Below, in pieces: positions 19,801-27,472 of a stretch of 64,000 nucleotides of DNA. This DNA comes from Promethearchaeota archaeon. Lineage in GTDB: Archaea; Asgardarchaeota; Lokiarchaeia; Sigyniarchaeales; SOKP01. The stretch lies in contig JAHLWH010000258.1 in the NCBI GenBank assembly GCA_019058015.1, forward strand, positions 2,191 through 66,190, given 5' to 3'. The position numbers and the translations under genes are program-made. The notes under the pieces are model-generated. The model made no database searches and was not told where the DNA came from. It saw only the letters and a program-made list of their open reading frames with translations. Position 1 is the stretch's first letter, and each line of letters starts with the position of its first letter.

Positions 19801-20653
19801 CGAGTAGCTTTAATCCTTTATCAATAAATTCTCTCCGCTTCTTTATATCTTCAATAAAGACCCCGTAATAGCCATACCATCCACCGGCAGCGAAAGAAAT
19901 TTCTCCAAGGACTTTCGAATCAGTAACTCCTTCAATAAATTTTATACTTTTATCGCATTTCTCAAGATATTTTTTGAAGTATTTCCTCCAATGCTCTTCC
20001 CGCGTAAAATTTATAATAAAAGGTCTAAGATAACTTGCCACACCTTCAGTAATCAATGATTTAGCAAGTGATTGAATATTACCAATCTTTATTGAAAGTT
20101 TCCAACTTTCATCTGCAATTTTTATACATTTTTGATAAACCTCCTCAATCTCTTTAGGATCGCTACAATAAAAAATCAGATTGCATGAAATTTCTGCTCC
20201 ACGACATAAAGTTCTTGCTATACTCTCTTGATCTTCTTTTTTTGCATACATCTCACTTGATTTAATAAAAAGCTCGTAAGACTCACTAAAGTTTCTCTTT
20301 GCTTCCATGATAGACCCTGCAATGACTCCTTTAATGTTAAATATTTCAGCTTCACATTCCAATTCCTCTGGTCTATTTTTTGTCTGCTTAAATAGATTTC
20401 TAGCTTTCTTGTAAGCAGTAATTGCAAGATTGTTTGAATTTTTATATTCATCTGCAGTATCTGCAGTTTCGGAATCTTGTGCTCTAGCATATCCTAAATT
20501 CTTATAAGCTAACGCAGCTTTTTCTACCATTTTTTTATCCAAAAAAGATTTCGCGACCAGCTCGTACAGCTTAGCTGCTTCCATCCAATTGTAAGCTTTC
20601 TCCTCAACGCTGGCTCTTTCTAATAACACACTTTCGTTTTCCTCTTCCGTCAT
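16826..20653 (-). CDS. 1275-aa TPR-like alpha-solenoid protein fused to a C-terminal carbon-nitrogen hydrolase (nitrilase-superfamily) domain
   Basis: About 990 aa of repetitive A/Y/K/E-rich helical repeats. The last 278 aa carry an E-K-C triad in canonical contexts: LLFPEMT (Glu codon 17453-17455), EQEKHIP (Lys 17291-17293), AIIICRDF (Cys 17168-17170). No P-loop is seen. Confidence 0.7.
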   Translation of the reverse strand: MTEEENESVLLERASVEEKAYNWMEAAKLYELVAKSFLDKKMVEKAALAYKNLGYARAQDSETADTADEYKNSNNLAITAYKKARNLFKQTKNRPEELECEAEIFNIKGVIAGSIMEAKRNFSESYELFIKSSEMYAKKEDQESIARTLCRGAEISCNLIFYCSDPKEIEEVYQKCIKIADESWKLSIKIGNIQSLAKSLITEGVASYLRPFIINFTREEHWRKYFKKYLEKCDKSIKFIEGVTDSKVLGEISFAAGGWYGYYGVFIEDIKKRREFIDKGLKLLEKAYIFTSNTKNKSLIIYSLFWINWFAILGGRFKYIQRRILKDVREIIELGRIFQDLYSQSGFFANLLPANYYTNFAQRSFIDPTLKKSFAEKGIVYANESLKANSFLPYSAWIYQILTSTYSQLVILATSEDEKDENIQKMLQYAKMAENISEKYESGYAKAAGYSSIYRAYKTLADIAIGKEDKIKMLSITINALEKYIMNEMESRGRIIGAQIRLGTLYQKLAIISMDASAILKARELFLCIINDSVEKGYYYYAAAAHEYIAHIEDRLGNHNTSAEHYKKAQETHIESLETIEYKPLKNRVKEKIDYACAWSLIERAKAYHKRENHLEAMENYQKACEILEKLPSYNYEALYYLAWNSLEEAEHFSKQERHQKAIERFETTIKNFNNSIKILENALKKSKEKSEGERIEKLKKLAKVRINYCSARRNVENARILAKNGEHVAAAEKFTDAASQFRDICFFFKIERERKELEAIYYLCKAWESMELGEQYKDPDRFLEAANLFTKASMLFADSKMKLLVSGNSAYCKALEHGTKFDKSSETKKKAQLYPKIKGNLRNAAVSYRKGGFEGEADWTLATSAYFDATWHLIKVDEEKELDEKKRLLEVVVNIFKSASELFGKAGYKYKEKEILEHLIMLEKEEMILVSALNTIKTPSITGSTVGIVAPACPLETSLSPKMSEIYKLTEESTIVLEERTAKKKYKLIYRNLLEEYPRIQRRECRVGIAQIGLSNTSDILRELYEEKVAGLLSLREDKVEIIRSNVKNMIEIANTKGINILLFPEMTIDLNYGELLKDISNLAKTYEMYIIPGSYHDQETKRNLSVVIGPNGILWEQEKHIPAIIHLEGKRFKEGIDVGITPRKTIICNTEFGRIAIIICRDFLDMDLRVELKNFEPPVDIILNPAFTPVTADFKAAHFDARRSIYAYCFFANVAEFGDSLIYTPEKERVDRMIQSKEENLIYKDIDLFSLRSERKKWEKEQNKERRFIQSTR

Positions 20654-20964
20654 ATGTCATCAATTATTATGAAGCCTTTTTTATTTCTCCCATCGGTTTC
20701 TAAAGTTAATTTTTAGATAATTAAATATTGATCTTTCTATTAATAACATATTACCTTTTCGTAAAAAAAAATTACTTGTGTCTTTTTCTTTCGTTTAAAG
20801 GATAAAAAAAATGTTTCTTCTTTTTATAAATTGGTTTTGGACTAATTAAAACAAATACTACTTATCATAACTTTAAGTATTCTTAAATTTTATTTATTCC
20901 TAATTTAATAAAATTAAGTGAGAATTCTTAAATTTTATAAAGAATTAATTAAAAATGCTAATTT

Positions 20965-21807
20965 ATGAATTTGAAAAACATTTCTGATTATCACACTCAC
21001 AATCAACTGTGTAAACATGCAGCTGGAAGTTTAGAAGATTATATTAAAGCAGCAATTAAAATAGGATTGGGTGAAATTGGATTTTGTGATCATTTTCCAA
21101 TGTATTACTTACCAGAAAACATCCCAATTGAGAAATACGCTATGACAATGGATGAATTTCCAGAATATATCAATGAGGCAGAAAGATTAAACGATAAATA
21201 TAATAAAAAAATTTCTGTGAAACTTGGAATTGAAGTTGATTATATGGAAAGACAAGAAGAAGAAATTTCAAATGTGCTAAAAAAATTTTCAGATAAATTG
21301 GATTTTGTATTTGGGGCAAGTCATGTTTTAATAGGTAGATTTGGAGCTTGGTGTTTTGATGATCCATATTTCATTGAGAATTATAAAATTTACGGAATTG
21401 ATGCCATTTACGAACAATATTATGATAAATTATATCATCTGGTGGAGTCAAATTTATTCGATGTAGTAGCTCATTTTGATTTACCTAAAAAATTTAAAAA
21501 ATTTCCTAAAAACCACGATCGAATTTTTGAGAAAGTTATTAACGTCTTAGAATCCATAAAGAGAAAAGATATGGTTATAGAGATAAATACCAGTGGATTT
21601 CGAAAGGATGTAAAAGAACAATATCCCAGTTGGGATATAATTAGAGAAATGTACAATTTGGATATATCAATAATACTAGGTTCGGATGCACATCTTTTGA
21701 CTGAAGTAGGGTATATGTTTAAAGAGGTTTTATCAGAATTAAAGAAAATTGGTTTTAATCAACTGGTTCGATTCACAAAAAGAAAAAAAGAATATATTGA
21801 TTTTTAA
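20965..21807 (+). CDS. PHP-family histidinol-phosphatase (HisJ-like)
   Basis: N-terminal DYHTHN (the HxH of the PHP fold), FCDH, GIEVDY, HFDL and GSDAH motifs. 280 aa. Confidence 0.75.
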   Translation: MNLKNISDYHTHNQLCKHAAGSLEDYIKAAIKIGLGEIGFCDHFPMYYLPENIPIEKYAMTMDEFPEYINEAERLNDKYNKKISVKLGIEVDYMERQEEEISNVLKKFSDKLDFVFGASHVLIGRFGAWCFDDPYFIENYKIYGIDAIYEQYYDKLYHLVESNLFDVVAHFDLPKKFKKFPKNHDRIFEKVINVLESIKRKDMVIEINTSGFRKDVKEQYPSWDIIREMYNLDISIILGSDAHLLTEVGYMFKEVLSELKKIGFNQLVRFTKRKKEYIDF

Positions 21808-21825
21808 AATAAAATCGGAAAAACA

Positions 21826-22260
21826 TTAAGAACGATGTAGAATTAAATCAGCGCATTTAATACCCGAATCAGCGGCTAACTGCGTCCCAATTCCGTGAGC
21901 GTCCGTTCCTGCAGTGTCTCCAACTACATATAACACCTCGATAGGTAGTATAGAAGATGGTTTAGTTTTACCAGTTTGAGCAGGTGTGAGTGCTAAGCCT
22001 TCCACTGGGCATGAAGGCTTTCCAGTAGCTTCTGCGATGTCTTTTGGGAATGATACATCCATGAAATTGAGTTTTTTCTCTAAGTCGGGGTAGAATTCTA
22101 AGAGATCGGTATAGTAGACCTCTTGCCATTTGTTCCAATTAGCAACTTTTGATGGAACGACGGTTCCAAAGATTAGGGTTTGACAGCCAGAAGGGGCTAA
22201 GCTCGAGTCGATATTAGAAAGGACGGGTCCAAAAAACGGTTCGATTTTGGGGCACCAGGG
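21826..22260 (-). pseudogene. Truncated C-terminal remnant of a phytoene-desaturase-family (CrtI-like, COG1233) FAD oxidoreductase
   Basis: The frame is open for 144 codons, from the TGA at 22261-22263, with no plausible N-terminus. It encodes ...GPVLSNIDSSLAPSGCQTLIFG...LYVVGDTAGTDAHGIGTQLAADSG, i.e. only the last third or so of such enzymes. The next gene begins 75 bp away. Locally GC-richer than the flanks. Confidence 0.55.
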
Positions 22261-22336
22261 TCATACTTTCCTTTCCAATCGTTTAGTGTAGGGTGATATT
22301 AGCAAAATATGAAAATTGTGATATTTTTCTTGCTCC

Positions 22337-22756
22337 TTACATTGCAATTATTGCAGAGCCCGTAGTGGTGATTCTATCATCTTGAGTTTTACTAATGACT
22401 TCAATTTGAACGAAATTTTCGCCATTTTCTTTATATTTTTTTATAACTTTTCCTGTGAATGATAAAGTATCATTTTCATTTGTCATACCAACGAATCGAA
22501 TTTTGAAATTTTTAAAAATACCTTCCTTTGCCCAGTCAGATATATAACTTCCAACCATTGACATTACAAGCATTCCGTGGGCAATACACCCAGAGATTCC
22601 CATCTGTTTTGCGAAACCTTCATCATAGTGTAGTTTATTATAATCCCCTGATGCTGATGCATAATCTACCAGTTGTTGCCGATTAATTGGACCTTTCTTA
22701 ACTTCTGGAAGTTCTAAACCTTCCGAAATTTCTTCAAAATTTAATTTATCTCTCAA
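22337..22756 (-). CDS. MaoC-family (R)-specific enoyl-CoA hydratase, hot-dog fold
   Basis: 139 aa. YASASGDYNKLHYDEGFAK...IAHGM matches the MaoC dehydratase motif ([YF]-x2-SGD-x-N-P-x-H). Confidence 0.8.
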   Translation of the reverse strand: MRDKLNFEEISEGLELPEVKKGPINRQQLVDYASASGDYNKLHYDEGFAKQMGISGCIAHGMLVMSMVGSYISDWAKEGIFKNFKIRFVGMTNENDTLSFTGKVIKKYKENGENFVQIEVISKTQDDRITTTGSAIIAM

Positions 22757-22778
22757 TATTTTTTACCTCTAAATGAAT

Positions 22779-23225
22779 TTAGTGAAATACAATAAATGTG
22801 CTTATTGAGTCCCACAATTTTTCTTTAGTTTCTTTATTTTTACCTGTTGTAACTGCGATTACAACATCCATTTTACCTCTTTTACCTTCTTTTTCATCGA
22901 TGCTTTGTACTTTGGTTTGATATATAATATTATCTCCCGCAAAACATGGGGAATAATATTTATACTCTCTACCACCATCTAATAATTTCTTATAATCAAT
23001 TCCCAATGTAGCAAAAAATTTTTTATCCCCGGAAAATGTAAATTTAGTATAAAATGTAGGCGGACATGGAATATCCTTAAAACCCTGCTTTTTTGCTTCA
23101 TTTAAATTGTAGTAAATTGGATTTGAATCTCTGATTGCATTTGCAAATTGAGCAATTTCCCATCGTTTGATAGATGTTTCACTTAATGGAAATTTATAAC
23201 CAATAAAGTTCCTATCAAGCTTCAT
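22779..23225 (-). CDS. MaoC-like/FAS1-type dehydratase N-terminal-type hot-dog protein (partner subunit)
   Basis: 148 aa with IAQFANAIRDSNPIYYN and PPTF, typical of the non-catalytic hot-dog partner. Adjacent and co-directional with the MaoC gene. Confidence 0.6.
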   Translation of the reverse strand: MKLDRNFIGYKFPLSETSIKRWEIAQFANAIRDSNPIYYNLNEAKKQGFKDIPCPPTFYTKFTFSGDKKFFATLGIDYKKLLDGGREYKYYSPCFAGDNIIYQTKVQSIDEKEGKRGKMDVVIAVTTGKNKETKEKLWDSISTFIVFH

Positions 23226-23357
23226 TTTTATATCAAATTAATTACTCTAAGATCAATTTTTATAGTTCAATTTATATCTATTAATAGAATATAAAAAATT
23301 TTTTGTAGAATAAAGAAAATTGGATGAAATAATAATAAAGAAATCGCGAAATAAATT

Positions 23358-24299
23358 ATGTCCGAAAACGATAATATAAAAACATTAAAAGGAATTCTTG
23401 AAAAATTTTCAGATAAATTTAATGATGTTGCATCAGCTTTAATATCAAAATTTAATGAAATTTATGAATCGATTACCTCCATTCAAAAAACTCTAAATAA
23501 TATCAGTGAAATTCAAATTCAAAGTGATGAATATAAGCAAGGTATGTCAGGTCTAGCAAAAGATATCACAGAATTGAATCAAAAAGTTTTAGATATACCA
23601 CAAATTAGTTCTACTGTAATAGAGGAAAAACAACCAGAACAAAATCAAGAATTAACTGACGTATTAGATGCATTAGATGCTATGTTAGAAGAAAAACCTA
23701 AGGTTATACAAAAAAAAGATTTTAAAAAAAAAGAACCTCCAAGTGTATTACCCCATGAAAAACCAACCCCCATCCCAACACCAAAAAGTGTACCAGAATC
23801 AGATATTATCTTAACTCCAGTACCAAAATTAAAACAACCAATAGAAGTCGATACGGGTCTAACTCCAGTGCCAAAATTAGCACCCAAATTAGAAGTATCT
23901 TCTAAGTCGCAACAAGAAATTAAACCTCAAGCAATTGCAGAAATACCAATTAAAACTGTGGCTGATGAAAATTTAACTCCTAAATTGGAACAAGAGAAAA
24001 AAATTATAAAACCATTAAAGAAAATACCAGAAAAAATTTTAAATATACAAAATACGGACGATATATTTTATAATTTTATGATAGATATTGATCTATCCGA
24101 AAATCACCAAACATTAGCCTCAATAATTAAATTAACATCTGATTTATTAAAGACATTTATTAAATTTCATAAAGTATTATTTGATATGATAAAAGTTGCT
24201 TCAAATGTAAATCGAGAAAAAGGAGAACTTACTGAAGAATTTAAAAACAATATTAAGAAAAAAGCTGAAGAGTGGAAAAAAGAATTACTTAATATTTAA
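23358..24299 (+). CDS. hypothetical protein with Pro/Lys-rich repeat linker (LTPVPKL x2) between helical ends
   Basis: ORF. The internal near-duplicate peptide (I)LTPVPKLKQPIEV / (G)LTPVPKLAPKLEV is encoded at about 23811-23900. Confidence 0.5.
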   Translation: MSENDNIKTLKGILEKFSDKFNDVASALISKFNEIYESITSIQKTLNNISEIQIQSDEYKQGMSGLAKDITELNQKVLDIPQISSTVIEEKQPEQNQELTDVLDALDAMLEEKPKVIQKKDFKKKEPPSVLPHEKPTPIPTPKSVPESDIILTPVPKLKQPIEVDTGLTPVPKLAPKLEVSSKSQQEIKPQAIAEIPIKTVADENLTPKLEQEKKIIKPLKKIPEKILNIQNTDDIFYNFMIDIDLSENHQTLASIIKLTSDLLKTFIKFHKVLFDMIKVASNVNREKGELTEEFKNNIKKKAEEWKKELLNI

Positions 24300-24323
24300 A
24301 AAGAATTATTTTTAACTTTTAAT

Positions 24324-25205
24324 CTAAATTTTTCTTGATCTTAGCCATGTTTCTGTTATGAGACTGTTAAATAATTTAATATGAGCGGGATCTTTTGTAT
24401 AAAAAGCTAAATAGTTATTAGGCTTAGTCCCAACAGCGCAAAAAAATAATTCCTCTCCATCTCTAAAAATAAGCCATCTATCTTTACTCTCATAACTTCT
24501 TATATTGATATTATCAAGACTTTCAAACTCTTCTAAAAGGTCAATATGCTCTTCGACGCTTGGATCTATTAAACAGCTTATCCTCATATTTACTGAGGAT
24601 TTTACATCATATAAGTCTAGATCTTGCAGATCTGAAATTGATGGACTTGAAATTGAAACTGAATGTAAAGCGTTTAACAAAATTTCTTTCATTTTTTTTA
24701 TAATTTCATCTCTATCTATTTCAATCTCTGTAAAATCGATGAAAGGACCCCCGGTTCTACTCGCTTTAGATAGCAAATTTTCTAGTTCATTACTTAATTG
24801 TTCTATTTCATCATCGGTAGTAGCTAATTCTTCATTTAATTTGCCTAATTCACTTTCTAATTCTGTAATCTTTTTATCTTTTTCTTTTAAAACACTCTCA
24901 TTAATTGTTGAACCTAATTGCTGAGATAAATCATCTATGGTTTTATTTTTTGTTTCAACCGTTTTTTGTAATGCGTCAATCTGAGTATCTTTTAATCTAA
25001 TTGAATCTTGTATAGTTTTTATTAAATCATCTTTGGTTTTAATAGTCGTATTGATTGTATTGATTTGATTATCTTTTAATTTAATCTGTTCAGAGAGGGA
25101 ATCACTTACATTTTTATATTCCTTGAAAGTTTTCCTTAATTCTTCTAACTCTTTTTCCTTTTCTGCAAGTTCGTGTTTTAAATCTTCAATTTCAGAATTA
25201 CTCAT
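24324..25205 (-). CDS. Coiled-coil protein with globular C-terminal domain (function unknown)
   Basis: The N-terminal ~150 aa has a heptad-like E/K/L/D-rich sequence. The C-terminal ~130 aa (..DRWLIFRDGEELFFCAVG..) is faintly reminiscent of TrmB-type C-terminal domains. Confidence 0.45.
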   Translation of the reverse strand: MSNSEIEDLKHELAEKEKELEELRKTFKEYKNVSDSLSEQIKLKDNQINTINTTIKTKDDLIKTIQDSIRLKDTQIDALQKTVETKNKTIDDLSQQLGSTINESVLKEKDKKITELESELGKLNEELATTDDEIEQLSNELENLLSKASRTGGPFIDFTEIEIDRDEIIKKMKEILLNALHSVSISSPSISDLQDLDLYDVKSSVNMRISCLIDPSVEEHIDLLEEFESLDNINIRSYESKDRWLIFRDGEELFFCAVGTKPNNYLAFYTKDPAHIKLFNSLITETWLRSRKI

Positions 25206-25457
25206 ATTTATTTAACCCAAATCTAAATTCAAATTATAAATGTTAATAATTACAATATAAAATAATAATATAATTTGTAGTATTTCAATTTAAACATTAA
25301 TTAATATTTTTTCTTCCAATATGCCCTTAGAGTTTTGCATTACAAATACATTTTGCCCTTTATAATTATCTGGTAATTTTGTAATTTCAGCGATAATGCT
25401 CATTATTTATCTATAAAAGAAACAAGATTTATATAACTCAATTATTATGATAAGAGT

Positions 25458-26195
25458 ATGGAAGACAAATCGACAAAATTTCTTGGTGAAATTGACTATC
25501 TTATTTTGAAAGAAATGGATGAAGTTTCAGCAATCCTTGGTATTAGCGTAGGTACAGAAACAGGTCAAGTAATCAGTAATAAATTTAAAAAAGAAATCAA
25601 ATTATCGGCAAATGAGATTATTGCCGGTTCAAGTAGCCTAATGTTTCTCTCATCTAATATTTCAAAACAATTGTTAAACCAAAAAGTTAAATATCACACA
25701 ACTGTTGCCAAAAATGAAATATTAATAAATGTTTTAGCAAATAATATCAATGTTTCTGTGATCTTAGATAGAGAATTAACAGAATTAGAAGGAATCGGTT
25801 TATATCAGAAAAAAATAACGGATTTTGCAATTAAAATTTCTGCTTTTATCGAAACCTCAGAATATATTAAGAAAGACATATTTGTAGAAATAAAAAGAGC
25901 AATTCCAACTGCAATATCAATAGCAATAATAACTAAATCTGGATTACCTATAAAAATTCAATCAGTTATGCCTGGTCCTATGATTTCTGCGATTACATCG
26001 GCTTTATTCAATCTTACAGATGTATTATTGAAAAAGAGTGTTGAATATTCAGTTATTAGCGGTGATGATGGTTCTATTATAATACATCAGATTGATAATG
26101 ACAGAATACTATGCGTAGCAATTCCAGATAGGAGAGAAGATCAAATTGGTAAATATATTGCTAAAATAAAAGAAATAATCAAGGAAAATAAATAA
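25458..26195 (+). CDS. Tandem Roadblock/LC7 (MglB-like) domain protein (tentative)
   Basis: Two ~110-aa halves each fit the Robl pattern: (i) MDEVSAILGISVGTETGQVIS...ILINVLANNINVSVILD; (ii) AISIAIITKSGLPIK...SIIIHQIDNDRILCVAI. Confidence 0.4.
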   Translation: MEDKSTKFLGEIDYLILKEMDEVSAILGISVGTETGQVISNKFKKEIKLSANEIIAGSSSLMFLSSNISKQLLNQKVKYHTTVAKNEILINVLANNINVSVILDRELTELEGIGLYQKKITDFAIKISAFIETSEYIKKDIFVEIKRAIPTAISIAIITKSGLPIKIQSVMPGPMISAITSALFNLTDVLLKKSVEYSVISGDDGSIIIHQIDNDRILCVAIPDRREDQIGKYIAKIKEIIKENK

Positions 26196-26203
26196 AAGAT
26201 CTT

Positions 26204-27445
26204 TCATTTTGTCAATAATTCTATCGATTCTACTATACTCAATGCCCCTTTATATGCTTTTGAGTAATTCTCTGCCTTATATAATATAGAACACAATGGT
26301 TCATATGGTTGTATATCTTTACCTGGCGCAGGGACATCTTCCACATTTTTAATTTGTTTTAATTTCTCAATTTTTTGATGTGAAATCAATTTTGGAGCAA
26401 AATAAATAAATTTTGAAACAAAATTAGTATTAATATCTAGATTTGAAATTATAATTTCTTTATCCGGATTTAAGCAGCAATTAATATGTTCATCAAGTAA
26501 ATTTCTATTCAGTGCAACTTCTGCTGCATTTATCGAACCTGGGATTCTAGGATTTATTTCCATTAAATAGGGGCATCCATCTTTTAATACAAAATCAAAC
26601 CCATTTATTCCAATTAGGTTAAGATGTTTAACTAATTTTAAAGAAATTTCTGAAATTTTATATTGAAGAGAATAATTAAGATCTGCAGGAACAATGTTGC
26701 CACAATATATAAATTCACTTGGTGCATTTAAAAATTCTTTTCCAATTAGTTGCTCATTTATTGAAACTATTTTCACATCAACATTATTGCTAATCATAGT
26801 ACAACTAACATCAATTCCCTCTATATACTCTTGAAACAACCAATTCCCAGACTCTTTCTCAAATTCTTCATTTTCTTTTACTATATTTAATAATTGAGTC
26901 TTGGAATTAATTTTAAAAATGTTTAAGCCGCCAGAGCTTTGTTTTTTTTTAATAATAATTGGATAATTTATAAGGTTGTTATCAATTAGATCATAGTTGA
27001 ATGCTAAAGTTTTAGGAACCTTATATCCCATATTATCTAATAGGGAATTAATACTTAAGATATCTCTTGACTTTATGATTTGGGCGATATTATTACCTAA
27101 ATATCGAATTGGACGATTTAATTCCTTAATTTTATTAAAAATTTTTTCTCGACCTATAATATTATCGTCTAAACCACTTGCTATTATTAAATAATCCAAA
27201 TGGGGATGTTTTTCAATCATTTGAAGGGTTAGATCCGTTAAAACATTACTGTAAATTAATTTTAACTTTTGAAAATTGGTTTTCAATTCTTTAGTAATAA
27301 TTAAAGCATCCTTAATATAAGGAAATAGGTCAGAATCTCCAAAAAAATCTACAGCATATACTTCATAATTTGCATTATATAACGATTCAGATAAAGGTCG
27401 AGCATTAAAACCTGAGATAAGAACTTTTTTTTTTTTCTTAACCAT
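26204..27445 (-). CDS. ATP-grasp superfamily ligase (COG2232-like)
   Basis: 413 aa. Pre-ATP-grasp Rossmann-like N-terminus (KVLISGFNARPL), central IIIKKKQSSGGLNIF, and C-terminal GFDFVL..GCPYLMEINPRIPGS (the ATP-grasp Mg/ATP loop E-x-N-x-R). Confidence 0.7.
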   Translation of the reverse strand: MVKKKKKVLISGFNARPLSESLYNANYEVYAVDFFGDSDLFPYIKDALIITKELKTNFQKLKLIYSNVLTDLTLQMIEKHPHLDYLIIASGLDDNIIGREKIFNKIKELNRPIRYLGNNIAQIIKSRDILSINSLLDNMGYKVPKTLAFNYDLIDNNLINYPIIIKKKQSSGGLNIFKINSKTQLLNIVKENEEFEKESGNWLFQEYIEGIDVSCTMISNNVDVKIVSINEQLIGKEFLNAPSEFIYCGNIVPADLNYSLQYKISEISLKLVKHLNLIGINGFDFVLKDGCPYLMEINPRIPGSINAAEVALNRNLLDEHINCCLNPDKEIIISNLDINTNFVSKFIYFAPKLISHQKIEKLKQIKNVEDVPAPGKDIQPYEPLCSILYKAENYSKAYKGALSIVESIELLTK

Positions 27446-27472
27446 TATTAAATAAATTTAAATTATTATTAA

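Noticed and set aside
25290-25403. 37-codon minus-strand ORF (MSIIAEITKLPDNYKGQNVFVMQNSKGILEEKILINV) in the intergenic region upstream of the coiled-coil gene
   Set aside because: It is too short to distinguish from chance and has no motif or coupled neighbour. I noted it only in case small-protein or proteomic data become available.
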